Of a stretch of 64,000 bases of DNA, positions 1 to 15,845 are shown in pieces. Under the pieces are notes generated by a model that saw only the letters and a list, made by a program, of their open reading frames with translations, was not told where the DNA came from and ran no database searches. The position numbers and the translations under genes are program-made. The stretch is from the human T2T-CHM13v2.0 reference genome, Homo sapiens. Each line of letters starts with the position of its first letter. Positions within the stretch are counted from its first letter, which is position 1. The stretch lies in the NCBI GenBank assembly GCA_009914755.4, contig CP068257.2, positions 31,328,001 to 31,392,000 on the forward strand, written 5' to 3'.

Positions 1-1664
1 ACCCAGACCAGCCAACTGTCCTACCAGTGGGCATAGAATCCTTAGGCTGCAAGACAACCTAGATGCCAGCTCATCTAAGCCTCTTATTTCACCAGAAGAA
101 GGAATGGGAGGAGAGAGAGACAACAATGACCCTAAATCATCCTGTTCTTTTCCTTCTCTGGTGGCGGTGGGAGGGGAGGGGTTCCTCCCACCTTCCCTCT
201 ATTTTCTGATCTAAGCTGAGGAAATCCAAATGGTATTCTTTTATCCCAATATTAACTGGGACTCAGAGACTCCCCAAGCCACTTACTTAATTTGTGGTGT
301 AAAATATTTTTGTTATAGAATTGTTCCGCCTCTTAAAGGAGATCCGTGGGGAAAGACCTGGCTGGACAGCCTTTTACATAGCCCCAGTGAAAACAATGCA
401 GGAATCTGAAAAGGTCATTAGGAAAATAAAAACTTAAAGTCCTGAAAAGCTTTCTGACAATTGTCCAAGGCCATGCAGTCCTGAGGACACAGAGGACACC
501 AGCCATCCCTCAGCCACGACCCACGAGCCAACCCAATCAGACCACATCTTGTCTTTCAGGAAAATGCACTGAATTTTGTACCATGCCCCCAAAAGCCTGG
601 ATCAAATTAAGAGTTTTAATACTCAAAGTCATTTATATTGTGTCTCTAAAGCATATACAATAAATGTACGCATCACTCAGGATATATTAAAATGTTTTGC
701 CATACATTTCTAAAATCTTAACAAATATCATGAACACTTTAAAATACTACTTTTATTTTGATCAAAATGCATTCCATCATTTGAAAATCAAGTAGTAATT
801 GGATAGATTCTAATAAATAAACACAGTTCTCTGCTCAGCTTCTTCTGACATCTTTCATACCCTTGAAACAACACATTTCAACTCTGTAATTTAATTTTTT
901 TTCTGGAATTTCCTTTCATATTTCTAGATGATATGTTTCTAGATTTCCTGAATTGTATTTTCCAATACCATTATTAAAAGTGTTTTTTAAATTAAGCTAT
1001 TCTATTTTAATTTTCAATAATTTTGGTTCTCTGATCCATTTTGATATCCTCCTCTTCTTGTTTCATGAGCTAATCTCTTGCTATTTTTGAAAAGGCCATA
1101 GTTTTTAAAAATACGTTTGCTTGTTGAAACGTTTACTGAGTTGTCTCTGTCTCTTCTGGGTTCATTTTTGTTTGGTTGGTTTTGTCTTTATCTTTCTTCT
1201 TGGAGCTTACTTCAAATGTGATTTTGGCAGTCAGTTCATAAGAGGGAGGTACTGGGTAGCTAATTCTATCTGGGCATGGAGCTTCACTCTAGAGAGATCA
1301 ATGGGAAAGCAGTGGTGAAAGCTTACCAGCAGAGTATCACAACCTGATACAGCTACATAATTATTATTTTACTGTGTGTCTCCTCCTGGTCTTGTATGTG
1401 TAAGTTCCATTAATGCAAAGTTTGTTCATTTTGTTCACTGCTCCAGTCTCAGTGACTAGAACAGTGTCTGGCACATAATAAATGCTTAAAAAACACTTAG
1501 ATGAACAAAGAACTGTGGGAGAAAAATGCTATACAGAGCACAAAGTGAGTGGGAGACTAAGAGTAAGGAAAGTTAATTTTGCCTTGGAGCAATGGGGAAG
1601 TTTTTTTTCACTGCATTGACTAGGAGCATTCCTATAATGCCAAGACACTGCCTAGGAGTCTTCC

Positions 1665-1925
1665 GTGCATTCTTTCATTCATGCAGCCAACAACATCCAT
1701 TGAGCACCTACGGTGTGCTGTGAAGCAGTGTAGCATGGTGGTGAAGGACATGGGAATTGATTAAGGAACCTGAAGTCTAGCCCTGGCTGTGTGTCTTTGG
1801 GCAAGTTATTTACCTCTCTGAGCCTCAGTTCCCTTAATTCTATATGAATAATTATCAGAGTGTCTGCTTATAGGGTTGCCTTAAGGATTAAATGAATTGC
1901 TGTATGTAAAGAGTTCAAATATTAT
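1665..1925 (+). mobile_element. MIR SINE fragment
   Basis: MIR core/3' motif 'ctttgggcaagttatttacctctctgagcctcagttccc...tagggttgccttaaggattaaatga'; 5' part diverged. Confidence 0.6.
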
Positions 1926-1998
1926 GCTAGGCTATGTTAGGCTATGGAGACACCTGTGTTAGGCTATGGAGACACCTGTGTTAGGCTATGGAGACACT
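1926..1998. repeat. 22-bp tandem repeat x ~3.3 (unit gttaggctatggagacacctgt)
   Basis: three near-identical head-to-tail copies read directly in sequence. Confidence 0.85.
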
Positions 1999-2116
1999 GA
2001 GATGGCTAGAAATGATCTTTTCCATCCCCCAACAAGAAGACTTCATAGTCGAGTAGGCTGCCTTTCTCGTTCTTGTACACTATCCCTCGAAATTTTTTAA
2101 AAAATCAGAAAGTGCA

Positions 2117-2414
<298 letters not shown>

Positions 2415-3178
2415 GAAAGTGCAAAGTATGTCCATAGGCAATCAAAATGATGCTTGAATTTGGGGTGGGGGAAGGGGCAAGATCTCATGTCAAACTGGAT
2501 TACTATCACCTCGACAGGCACAGGACTGGCAGAGTTAAAGGAAAATAACAAGTCAACAGCCTCTTCCCCAGGGGCTCAGTAATGTCCCCAGCCTTTGGCT
2601 CTGGTGTGCTTTGTGCAAAGGGCTAAAAATAGCAGAGGCGTGCTCAGGATTAAGATGGCCTTTCAATCACAAGTCAGGGAAGTAGTGATTTTCCTTAGAC
2701 AAACCCTGTTGCTACTGGTGGGGGTGGGGATGGAGGTCGGGAGACATACGACTTTCTCATACATTTGATTAAAACTTTGGCAAAGTTAAGAATCTTCATA
2801 GTCTCTAAATCTCCATTTGCACCCACCCTGACCTTTCTTAAGTATAGTTTCATTGATTTTTTAAGGCTATCTTTGAAGCTAGAATGCTGAATAACTCTAA
2901 AACTTAACAAAAAGTCCACTCTTTTGGTTGCCTGTTTGTGTGATAATACATCCTCTTAAAAAACACAGCCCATTTTAATTTGCATCCATCCACCCTTCAC
3001 CTCACCATCTATAGCACCATAAATACATTCATCAAAGAAGGCAGCATAAAAAGTAGTAAGCGTGGAGAATGGTGAAGTGTCAGTTACAATTAATAGCTTT
3101 GGAAATAAAAGGGATAATATTGTGTCTCATTTACAAGTTTTGAATTTAATTTCACAACTTACCATTTGAAATAAATTA

Positions 3179-3418
<240 letters not shown>

Positions 3419-3787
3419 TTATGTCAGTGTCGTAAATACAGAAACCAAATCCTTAAGATGCCCTAGAAGTGGAGGTTGGGTGGGAGGGAATATCCTCCCC
3501 AAACTTCAAATCACATCCATGCTCTGAGAGCTCCATTGGGTTGCCAAGCTCCATTCAGTCTCATTTTCCTCTTAACAATGCACGTGCGCAAAGGCTTCCT
3601 GCCTGGGAAGGCACCAGGCATCTTTTTAAAGAAGTGCAAGGATTTTAGATGAGGTCAGGAGTTGGGCATGGGAGCGAGGTGAAGGGTGAAAAAAGTTAAG
3701 CTACTCTGGTGTAAACCACCACAAACTCCCTGTTCCTGCTTTTATTCCTTCCCTAAAACGTTTTCACTTTGGGAGAAGAAAATTTTA

Positions 3788-4113
<326 letters not shown>

Positions 4114-4119
4114 GGAGGA

Positions 4120-4720
4120 AAATGGCAGGGTGGGAGGGGGTGGGGAGGGGGTGAAATCACCCATAACGTCAGAGGCAGGTGAACCAGAGCAACTCCATCT
4201 TGAATAGGAGCTGGGTAAAATAAGGCTGAGACCTACTGGGCTGCATTCCCAGATGGTTAGGCATTCTAACTTACAGGATGAGATAGGAGGTCAGCACAAG
4301 ATACAGGTCATAAAGATCTTGCTGATAAGACAGTTTGCAGTAAAGAAGCCGGCTAAAACCCACCAAAACCAAGATGGTGACAAGAGTGATCTCTAATTGT
4401 CCTCACTGCTACACTCCCACCAGGGCCATGACAGTTTACAAATGCCATGGCAATGTCAGGAAGTTACGCTATATGGTCTAAAAGGAGAGGCATGAATAAT
4501 CCACCCCTTGTTTATCATATCATCAAGAAATAACCATAAAATGGGCAACAGCAGCCCTCCGGGCTGCTCTGTCTATGGAGTAGCCATTCTTTTATTCCTT
4601 CACTTTCCTAATAAACTTGCTTTCACTTTAGTCCATGGACTCACCCCAAATTCTTTGTTTCAAGAGATCCAAGGGCCCTCTCTTGGGGTCTGGATCGGGA
4701 CCCCTTTCCTGTAACAATAA
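4120..4720 (+). mobile_element. solo ERV LTR, family not assigned
   Basis: ~600 bp LTR-like architecture immediately after the Alu poly-A, with AATAAA (4610-4615) followed by 'cttgctttcactttag' and a terminal 'ggatcgggacccctttcctgtaaca'-type end; classification uncertain. Confidence 0.45.
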
Positions 4721-4859
4721 TGGCACAACCCAAATACAACTACTTTAATGTTTCAGTCATCTCTTTCCATTATGTCTCTAACTGCATTTATATTTACAGT
4801 TATAATGTGCATAAAAGTTTGTGATCTACTTTTCTCCTAAACATTGCCCTAGGTTATTA

Positions 4860-5000
4860 GAGAGTCTTTCAACTAATTATTTTAATGGGTGCATAATATT
4901 TCATTGAGTGGGTGGATCATCATTTAACCATTTCCCTATTGATGAACAGTGGAGATTACTTCCACTTTTTCTCTTATAAATAAATATACTGATAATCATC
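4860..5000 (+). mobile_element. ancient L1 (L1M) ORF2 3'-region fragment
   Basis: 'gtgcataatatttcattgagtgggtggatcatcatttaaccatttccctattgatgaacagtggagatta' parallels the L1 'tccattgtatggatataccacattttgtttatccattcatctgttgatggacatttgg' segment. Confidence 0.35.
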
Positions 5001-5250
5001 AGTATCTTCCATATCTGCAGTTTGGTATCTTTATTCAACTTTTTCCCTTATAAATAAAAGTTGAACAAAGATTTCAAATTGCAGATACCACAATCAGCTG
5101 ATGCTCAAGTCTCCCATAGAAGATGACATAGTACTTGCATTTAGCCTATATACATCCTCCTGTATACTTTAAATCATCTCTAGATTACTTATAATACCTA
5201 ATACAATGCCTACACTTCACTTTATTCACATACATATATTCTCATTTACA

Positions 5251-5273
5251 CACACACACACACACACATACAC
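5251..5273. repeat. (CA)n microsatellite
   Basis: cacacacacacacacacata run. Confidence 0.9.
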
Positions 5274-7488
5274 AGTGCTAATGCATATGCCCGCCCTGAA
5301 TTTTCTCCTCATGACTGGTTGTGGCACAACTTTAAACCCAGCAGAGCATGGGGAGGAAGCTGGAGTTTGTATTTTCAGTTTTGTTCAACTCTGTGAATTA
5401 GGAGTACCGTTTTCCCATCCTAGTCACGAAGTAGTCCTGAATTGTCCTTGAGTAGAAGGGAGAGATTTATGGACTGAATCCTGGTCCAAGTCAGAGAGAA
5501 AAGTATTCTTTAGAAAGACATCGTCTGATGATTATTTTGAGAGACTCTCTGGTAATCCCTAGCAAATCTGCATGTTAATAGGAATCATTTACTCAAAGCA
5601 GGGGCCCAGGAAAATAGCTTTACATAATAACAGTAGCTTGATTTGATTACTTCAATTTGGTCCTAGCTATTGAATTAAAGGTAGAGCCAAGCTTTTGGAA
5701 GTTTTACAGAATGATAAACAAAATGGGAATAGTAAATTAAGACTGACTCTGGATTCCACCTGTACATCTTTATTACTTCTAATGAGCAGGGAGATGTAAA
5801 CAGGATCGAGGAGTAAAAACCATTGATAATCTTCTTAGCATTCTGGATAATTTATTGGTTTCTTTCTCACATTGAGAGCTCTAAGCCTGCCTAATATTTG
5901 TTAAGACTTCTTGGCAGCTCTTTCCTAAAAGAAGCAATTTCTTTTCTTACAGTGCACTGTAGTTTTGCTCACTTGCTCCCCAAAATACTGATGGACATTT
6001 TCAGCTGCACTCAGCCATTTTGAATCACAGCAGCACTTTAAAAAATCCTAGTAATTTTATACTTACAGAGGAGTCGCAACAGTAGGACAGAGTACTTGGT
6101 TACCCCTCAACCAGCCCTCTGTCTGTTAACATCTTATATACCATACATGAAAATTAAGAAATTATACTAAGCATGAGACTATTAGCTAAAGTGCAGAACT
6201 TACTCACATCACCAGTTTTTCCACTAATGTCCTTTTTCTATTCCAAGACCCAATCCAGGACTCCATGTTGCATTTAGTTTTCACATCTTCTTAGCCTCCT
6301 TCAATCTATCACAGCTCCTCAGTCTTTCTTTGATTTCAGGGCCTTGCCACTTTTGAAGAGTAATGATCAGTCATTTTGTAGAATGTCCCTCCATGTGGGC
6401 TTGTTTGGTGCGTTCTCACGGTTAGACTAGCGTTATGCATTATTGGAAAGGAAACCACAAAGTGATTGACGTGTCCGTCTCAGTGCACCATGCCATCCTC
6501 ACCATCCTCACCACTTGGCTAAGGTGATACCCACCGAGATTCTCCACTGTAAACTTTCCGTTTTCCCCTTTGTAATTATTAAATATTTTAGAGGGGGAGA
6601 TACTTTGAGACAATGCAAATAAATATCCTGTTTCTGCTTAAACATTCACAGCCGTACTTTTTGTCCTCCAAAGCAATAGTTTAACCTCAGCTAAATGTCA
6701 ACAAGCTATCAATGGGGACTTTTGGAGTTGGTGATGGGCACAGGAGCCTCAAAGCCATTCACTTCTTCCCGGAAGCCCAGCATTCCGGGAAAGGACTGGC
6801 AGACCTCCTGACTTCCTCCACCAGCTGTCTGACCACCGCACACTGTGGTTGTGACTTGGGATTTCAGAGCCAGGAGCAGGACCCCACTCCTGATCATAGC
6901 ATGACTTAGCTTCTCCCCAGAATCACAGTCATCTTCCATATGACTTAGGAATAGCATGATTGCTGGAAGACAGAAAGATGTGGGCCTAAGTAACAAAATA
7001 AACTGTGTTCTGTTAAAGAAAAAAGTATTTGTGACACTTATGAAAGCGTGGCAAGGCAGACTTCATTTAGGGGGATTATCACAATAGGTCTAGGGACTAT
7101 TACAATGGGGTTTTATAGTAGGGCAGAGAGATTGGGCTCAACTCTGTATCCGACAAGGAAAAGTGGGAATTTATAGCCAAGGAGTGAGAGGGGTGCCAGT
7201 GGATGGTAAATTACCAAGAAGAAACATGAGGGGTAAGCGGGGATTCTGGCTAACTGTCCTAATGGGTTTCTTGCTGAACACAGGCCAGGGTGATCAGACA
7301 GCACCTGCAGGATGGTGGAGGATGAGCAACTTCCCCAGATCTGGAAGGTGATCAGATACAGTTAGAGTAAGTAGCTAGGTAGACATGAGCAGGCCAGGAG
7401 GGGGTCCCCCTCCCCACTGGGATGTCAGGTGACCATCAGGTACTGGCCAGGCAGTTGTTGTTGTTAAACTGTCTCTCTAAAATAATAA

Positions 7489-7862
<374 letters not shown>

Positions 7863-8301
7863 ACGATCATCGGCTTTTTGATAAGATCTCAGGAGTTTGG
7901 CAAATGTGCTCAAGCATGAGCACTAAGAAGCAAAATGGTGGAGTTTAACCAGTATATGACCTTCCTCTAGGAACGCTCAACTGGTAAGGGTAAAATGCCT
8001 CAAATGAGCATGCGCACAACTTCAGTAAACTCACTGTGCGTATGGCCCCTCCCAAGTGCTGGCAGCCCACCAAAGCATTTGGATGAAGTGACGTTGTTCA
8101 TCTGAGGTAATACCCAAGGTTCATTGTCTCACGCCAAGGAAATCAAGGACACAAACACACAAGAAGTGAGGTTAAGAACAGAGGTTTAGTAAGCGAAAGA
8201 AAGAGAAGAGCTCTCTCTGCTGCAGAGAGAGGGGTCCCAAATGGGTTTTCTGCTTCCGTGGTGAAATGCAGTGGGGTTTTATAGATGAGCTTGAGGAGGC
8301 G

Positions 8302-8421
8302 GTGTCTGATTTACATAGGGCACGAAAGATTTGTCGGACCACGTGTGTCATTTGCATAAGGCATGAAAAACTGGTTAGGGCTAGGTGTGCCATTTGCATA
8401 AGACACAAAAAACTGGCCACC
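8302..8421. repeat. ~40-bp tandem repeat x3 (gtgtg[tc]catttgcataag[ga]ca[ct]gaaaaactgg...)
   Basis: three diverged head-to-tail copies; the minus-strand ORF 8172-8420 shows the repeated peptide 'CLMQM.H'. Confidence 0.7.
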
Positions 8422-8872
8422 CCACCCTAATCCTTTGTTATGCAGATGGGTTCTCTACCTGGCCGTGCCACATTGCCTGTTTCTTTACTGTACACGTGGT
8501 GATAAAGGAAAGGGAAGATGGGGCCTCCATGTTGAACATACCTGGCCCCCAGGTAGCCCTTTTCTATTGGCACAGCTGCCGGCATTCACCTGTGCAAGCT
8601 TCCAGCTTGCTTATCTATGTCTGCAGCTTGATTTTTCAGGCTGTTCTTTGTTTGAAAGACAATGATTTGGGGGCTGCTTTTTGTTAAAAGGGAAATTCTG
8701 CCGAGGGCTCTGTTGCCCTTACTATCTGCCTGAATAATTTCTTTCTACCTCCTGTATCATGGACAGCCTGCTCCAAGGAAGAATCAGGGGAGAAGAAACA
8801 CAAATCCTGGAATCATGCCAATGCATGAAACCCCAAGTCAAGGGTTGGACAGAGCACTTGGCACTTGGATCT

Positions 8873-9102
8873 TTTTTTTTTTTTGAGACGAAGTCTCGCT
8901 CTGTCGCCCAGGCTGGAGCGCAGTGGCGCAATCTCAGCTCACTGCAAGCTACAGGTGCCCACCACCATGCCCAGCTAATTTTTTGTATTTTTAGTAGAGA
9001 CAGGGTTTCACTGTCTTAGCCAGGATGGTCTCTATCTCCTGACCTCATGATCCGCCTGCCTCAGCCTCCCAAAGTGCTGGGATTACAGCACCGTGCCCGG
9101 CC
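8873..9102 (-). mobile_element. Alu SINE with ~55-bp internal deletion, flanked by TSD
   Basis: poly-T + 'gagacgaagtctcgctctgtcgcccaggctggagcgcagtggcgcaatctcagctcactgcaagct|acaggtgcccaccaccatgcccagctaatttt...'; direct repeat 'ggatcttt' on both flanks. Confidence 0.9.
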
Positions 9103-10944
9103 GGATCTTTTAAGTTGCCCACTTGGCCCTCTTCCAAGTGTACTTTCTTCATTTTGTTCCTGCTCTAAAACTTTTAAATAAACTCTCACACCTGCTCTAA
9201 AACTTGCCTTGGTCTCTTATTCTGCCTTATGTCACTTGGCTGAATTCTCTCCTCCAAGGAGGCAAGAATCGAGTTGCTGTAGGCCCATAGGGATTCACTG
9301 CTGGTAACAATACCAGGAGTGAAGGATTCTAGCTAAAATGACTTAGCAGGATTGTTGCTAAGACTTGGACAATGCAGAGATGAACACAGAACCCCAAAAG
9401 TCAGGGCTCAGTTGAGAAGAGAGTTCAGAGGAGCCTGACTAGAATTTGGTCGAGGAGATAGTCTGTCAGTTCAGAAGACGATGAGGGTCTGCTGTTCTCA
9501 GGCCATCACAGACATCATCTGCAGATGCCCTTTACAGCACTGTGTCTGTTTCCAGGAATTTATGTTGTAAAATGGAACTGAAACTCAGAAAAATAATGGT
9601 TGGAGATTTTCACCACCAAATTTTTCTCCTCTTGTTTGTTGTTCTTTAAAAAATAAGTATATTTTCAGTTCATTAGACTTGAAATGATGGATGAGGAAAA
9701 TTAAACCAAATGTGAAAAATGGGGGACTCAGTCCCCAAAGGGATGTCCAGCTGGTGGCCAGTCCTGGGAAGCTCCTTGTGTCTGAGAGCTATATAAAGAG
9801 AGAAGGAAATAAGGAAAAATGACTCCCCTGCATCCAACTTCATTTTTGTTTCTATTTTGTGACAATAAAATTATCTTTCTGAGGATTCTACAAAAGGAGA
9901 GTATAGTATCCTTGTTTAACCTCAGAAGCGATTCCCTCGGGTCTATTTACACAAACATAGCCTTATTTATTAGGTGTACCCAGCTAACATCTGATGACAA
10001 GCTAGAGGAGGAAGAAATGGATGGATCCAATCTAGAGATATTAACAGATATTTGTATAGAAGGTGGCAATTTATTGATCATTTATACATCATCTTTCTAA
10101 AGCCTCTTTACTCACTCTTTCTCTCTGATATCTGCTTTTCATTTGTACTAGACCACCGATACCACATATCATGTGTCAATTTCTTTACTCAGAAAGAAAA
10201 CATGCATAACAGAAGGTGGGTCAGGCTGGTGGTACAGAATAAGTTTTGCTTGGTGATTTTCATGGCCTGCAAAGATCTGAGTTATGTGGTCCAGTCAGGA
10301 CCCCCAACCAATGCATCCATGGGGATTTAAGTGAATATTAAACTTAAGTGTGTTCTGTTCATGCTGCAATCTCACAGTTTACCTAAGGCCTTGATTTATG
10401 GCACAATAAATGTTGCCGAATTTGAGTAAATAAAGGTATAGTTTGTCTTCTGAAAACACAAGAAGGTAGGCCTGGTACCACAAGAAGGGATAGTTGATAA
10501 TGAGAGACAGGAGTGTAAAATCGAGAAAAAGAAAACTATTCCATAAAACAAAAGTTGGGGATATTCACATAAGAGCAAATATGTTTAGAATTCTAATGAA
10601 AAGTCACCAGGAAAAGTTGAACTTGTGTTTATAAGACTCTGATTAAGAAAGCAGGGACATGTATAAACTTTAAAAAGTATTCTTTACCTAAAATTGTTCA
10701 TTTTAAAACAAACTTTGGTACCATATGAAATAAACGTATTTAGAAATGTAATCAAATACTAAAACGTATTTAGACCCTTTTGCTTTATTACACCAGATAA
10801 TAGTATTCTTTTGGGATTCCTGAAAAGTCCATGTAAATATTCACCCTGACCAAACGGGAGTGGGCTGCCCTATTTAGTGGAACACATTTTTGTAAGTTTT
10901 CTTCTGTAGATAGGCTAGTTGGGAGTGCACTGTTAGAAGCTCCC

Positions 10945-11245
<301 letters not shown>

Positions 11246-11265
11246 AAATAGCTCCCAGTAGCATC

Positions 11266-11318
11266 TTCCCGCCTCCCCCTCTCCCCCCCGCCCCCCACCC
11301 CCACCCCCGCATATATCT
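11266..11318. repeat. C-rich low-complexity tract (G-rich on minus strand)
   Basis: 'cctccccctctcccccccgccccccacccccacccccg' directly after the Alu tail. Confidence 0.85.
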
Positions 11319-12394
11319 GGGCCCCGACTTTGAGGGCATTCACACAAACAGCTCCATAGCAGCTGGTGGGCTGGGCCCAATTAGCCAGTGTGGGGCAAAC
11401 GGAATGCACGATTGATGCAGAACCCTTGGAGAACGGGCCCTGAATCCAGGAGCCAAATGGTTCCTTGCACAGAGCGGAAAGGATTAGGGTGGGCGACCAG
11501 TTTGGGAGCAAGAAGCAGTATCCCACCAACATGCAAAGCCTTTTCTTTCTCTACACAACCCCACCATTGTCTATGACATAATGCTGTTCAGTGGCCTCCA
11601 CTGCAACATTCAAGGCCCAGTCCTGTCTTCTGGGAACAACTCAGATATTAATTTTGAAAGCAGTGGGTGTCCTTCACACGCAGACTCTAAACAGATTCTC
11701 CATTCTACATGTAGAGGAAGAAATCGAGAATAATATTTTGCTTTTAAAAAAAAAATTTGGTGGCTGGTTCTTCTTGCTCTCCAAGAAAGCTTGTTTGGGA
11801 ATATTAAAAAAACGAAGATGTACAGCTCCTCTCCTGGGTGAAAAGCACACAGTCCAAAGAGTCGTATTTGTCAGGCTCACAGGATGGGCGGGAGAGGAGG
11901 TGGGACTGGTGGGCGGTGGCTTTTCACCCTCTGTACCTAGGTTTATGGCCTTTCAGTATTTAGGGGAGCTATTTTTACATGTAGCTTGCTCCTATTTTTT
12001 TCTGATTGGAGTCTCTTTATTAAAAGAATTGTTTAATTTGAAATGAGTAACCCAAGTTACTCGGCAAGATATAAAGATTAAGAAAAGATAACAAGAGATG
12101 AATAAATGAGGTAGTGGAATTGCTTGATAACTGGAGTAGTGCCTTAGAAGCTCTCTCCCAAGTTAGAACTATTCTTTGTTGTTAAATGAAAGTTAAAATA
12201 TGCCATTTTCAATGTAAATACATTTTTTCCCAGATTCATACTATCCTATATTACAATTGTTTTCATTTCTTCATCATAAGAAATCATCACTTTGGAGTTT
12301 TATTTATGTATGTCCTGTTTTCACATCATTTTGACAGTCCTGTAGATATGCTATGTTTTTCCTCACAGCCCTAATTATATATCATCTTTATCAT

Positions 12395-12790
12395 TTTTAG
12401 TAAATAGATAATATCCCATTACACCAATGTTCCATAATTTGTTATCTGTTGCCCTTTGCTAAGACTTTGGTTATTTTCAGCTTTTCACTCCCACAAATAA
12501 CACTGCTATAAATATATCAATGCATACACCATTTCTCCTTTTAAATTGCTTTCTTGAAATAAATTCCAAAGAATGAGATTACAGGGTCAAAGAGTACTAA
12601 CATTTTTATGACCTTTGACCCGCATTGATTGCCAAATGCCCTCAAAAGGCATTGTACCAGTTTTCAAAGAATGATATATCTGCTTTCCCCACAGGCTCAT
12701 CAGGCATTGAGTTATAGGGTTTTCCTGTATTTTTATTTCTTCAGTCTCAATGGGTTGAGATTAAACTATATGCCCATTGGAGAATTATTA
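12395..12790 (+). mobile_element. ancient L1 (L1M/L1MB-like) ORF2 C-terminal fragment
   Basis: 'atatcccattacaccaatgttccataatttgttatctgttgccctttgctaagactttggttattttcagcttttcactcccacaaataacactgctataaatatatcaatgcatacacc' is colinear with the L1 segment 'tccattgtatgg..atccattcatctgttgatggacatttgggttgtttccactttttggctattatgaataatgctgctatgaacattcgtgtacaag'. Confidence 0.6.
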
Positions 12791-13945
12791 TAAGTAGCTA
12801 TACAATTCATTGATTACTTAATAATGCTTAGGATACAACAGAAAGGAAAATAAAGCAGAAAAAAAACAAGCCAAATTAAATTCTTTCTCAGTTGTGTTAA
12901 ATGCCTTTGTATATTGAATATCTGTGAGCATGCTAAGCTTCAACACTGAGAACAAAGAAATCAGTTCTGAAACAACTAGAATAACATCAGCACACCAGAG
13001 TCAGATAACTTAGTTTTCATTTCATAAATACATTCACACACTCACAAAGCTCTAAACTTTGTTAGAAGAGTGAGCCTAAGAGAAACAAATGCTTACTTGT
13101 GTTATCAATGCCTAAAGCACTGATTTTGAGCAGCAAAGATTTGACTCTCTCTGACCTCTTGCAAAGATGTCCAATTATTTCACAGTTGTTCTTCTGCTTT
13201 TCCTCTCTGTCTCAAGCTATCTTGAATAGGGAAAGAGTGAAAAAAGGAGTAAAAGTAAAATAACAGGGGCAAGAGTCTCTCGTTCCTTTTGTGAATTTTG
13301 CCTTCGGCTTGGTTCTGTTTTCTGGAAAATACTATGCAAACATGGAAATGGGTAAGTTGTCTGTCAATGCACTTTGCAGATGGCATGGATAAATGAAGAA
13401 AGCCCTGAATATCTAATTCTTTGTGACCAGCTCTGTTCAAATACAGTTCCTTCAACATTTCATATAAGTGATGCCTTAGGATTTCTGTAACACACGGTTT
13501 GCACAGCGTAGACATACTATGAGAGTCTATGGGATGGATGTTTGAGTCAAATGTGGCACGTTCATAGACCACTTGGAGTATACAATCAAAGATCCAAAGA
13601 AAACTATTGGTGTCATGGAAACCTTGCTCTTTGGGAAGTAAATCCACTCCAACTGAATGGGCATCCCTTCCTTTCTCAGCCCCACCATATCAGGAAGAGT
13701 GTACTTGGTGTTTATAGCTATGAGTGCCTGAAAAACAAGAACAGGTAGATTTGTATGTTAAGGCCCCATATTGATATTGGAAAAATACAAACCAGGAAGT
13801 GCAAATGTTAGCTTGGATCTGCTCTTACCTCCCATCACCACCACCCACAAAGAAGAGAAGAAAAAGAGCCAGAAAATGCACCCAGAGCCATCAGAAAAGT
13901 AAGGGAGGGATATTTTTATTTAGTACCAAACCCGAAGAGAGGGCA

Positions 13946-14256
13946 GCAGGTGCGGTGGCTCATACCTGTAATCTCAGCACTTTGAGAGGCTGAAGAGGGT
14001 GGATTGCTTGAGCCCATGGGGTTCAAGATGAGCCTGGGCAACAAAGTGAGACTCTGTTTCTCTAAAAAATAAAAATAAAAAATTAGCCAGGCATGCTGGT
14101 GTATGCCTGTAGTCCCAGCTCCTCAGGAGGCTGGGAGGTGGGAGAATCACTTGAGCCCGGGAAGTCAAGGCTGCAGTAAGCCATAGTCTCGCCACTGCAC
14201 TCCCACCTGGGTAACAGAGTGAGACTCTGTCTCAAAAAACAAAGCAAAACAAAAAC
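13946..14256 (+). mobile_element. Alu SINE, full length
   Basis: 'gcaggtgcggtggctcatacctgtaatctcagcactttgagaggctgaag...' with an A-rich tail (aaaaaacaaagcaaaacaaaaac). Confidence 0.95.
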
Positions 14257-15392
14257 CACCCGGAAGCAGGTATCCTTTGAGTTCCTGTGACTGAACCAGT
14301 TCATTGCTGACTTGTTTGTGGCTGTGAGTCGCCTCAGTCTTGCTTGCTGCTGGACTGTGCCATTGATGGTGACCCCCATGGGGGCAGGCTGGGGTCAGGC
14401 TGGAGTCCTTCAGCCCTTCTGGGGAGCTGCTGCTTTCTAGCCAAACCAGGGGGTTAGTGGAAGGGTGGAAAGGTCAAGTAACTAAGAAGGGTGAACTAGA
14501 GAAAGACGTGGCAATTTGCCAGAGTGGTCCCTTCATTTAGAGTAAGGAATTGTGTGAGTGAGGGGCCTGCAGGCTGGTAAACAGCTTGTCCATCTCCAGA
14601 GAGGACCCACCAGTGTCAATGGCCGATTGAGAACAGGGCACCTCGCTGATAGTCACAGAGACGACCAAGACTGGAATTTCAAGTGGAATTTCTCCAAACC
14701 ATGTTGGAACACTCATGAATCTGACTTGCACATCAGGCTGGGAAGTCATCTAGCCCCAAAGCTATGTCCTTGGGGAAGGGGAAGGCTGAAGGCTGAAAGA
14801 GAGAAACTTCCCACTCATCACCATATCCCCAATATCCAGTCTCTTCCTATCTCCCTCTCCAGCAAAATCAGCTGCTCCTTCCCCTAGCCTTGAAGAGCAC
14901 CCTGTACATACTTCTCTGGCGCACTCAGCCCATTGTATACTAACGTGTTTCCATGCTATCTTCCCAGCTGGGGCATGAGTTCATCAGTGTATTCCAGCAC
15001 ATCTGGGTTCACATTCCAACTCCTGTCTCCTAATAGCTATGTGACTTGAACAAGCCACTTCTCTGAGACCTTTGTTTCCTTGTCCATCATGTGCTAATAA
15101 AAGAGTCTACCTGATTGGATAGCTGGGTGGATCATATGAGCTTCTACAAAATGCTCAGGTTTATCCTCATCATCCACTGGGCAATTTCTAGCCCAGAGCA
15201 CAGCACCCTAATAGATATGCTCGGTAAAGGACATTCCAGCTAACGAATGGTTCTCGGGCACTGTGGGTAAGCATGGGGTTATGGCTGGACAGTGTCACTG
15301 GGCACTTGGTAGATTAGGAATTTCTTTTCTGGACCTTGGAAAGCACCACTGAAACCATTTTGGTTATAGCAGGTTATTTCTGTCGGTACTGA

Positions 15393-15845
<453 letters not shown>

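Noticed and set aside
13180-13647. 155-aa minus-strand ORF in unique AT-rich DNA
   Set aside because: For a 64-kb six-frame scan a few ORFs of this length are expected by chance. There is no Kozak start, no splice-site framing and no recognisable domain in the translation. Left as non-coding.
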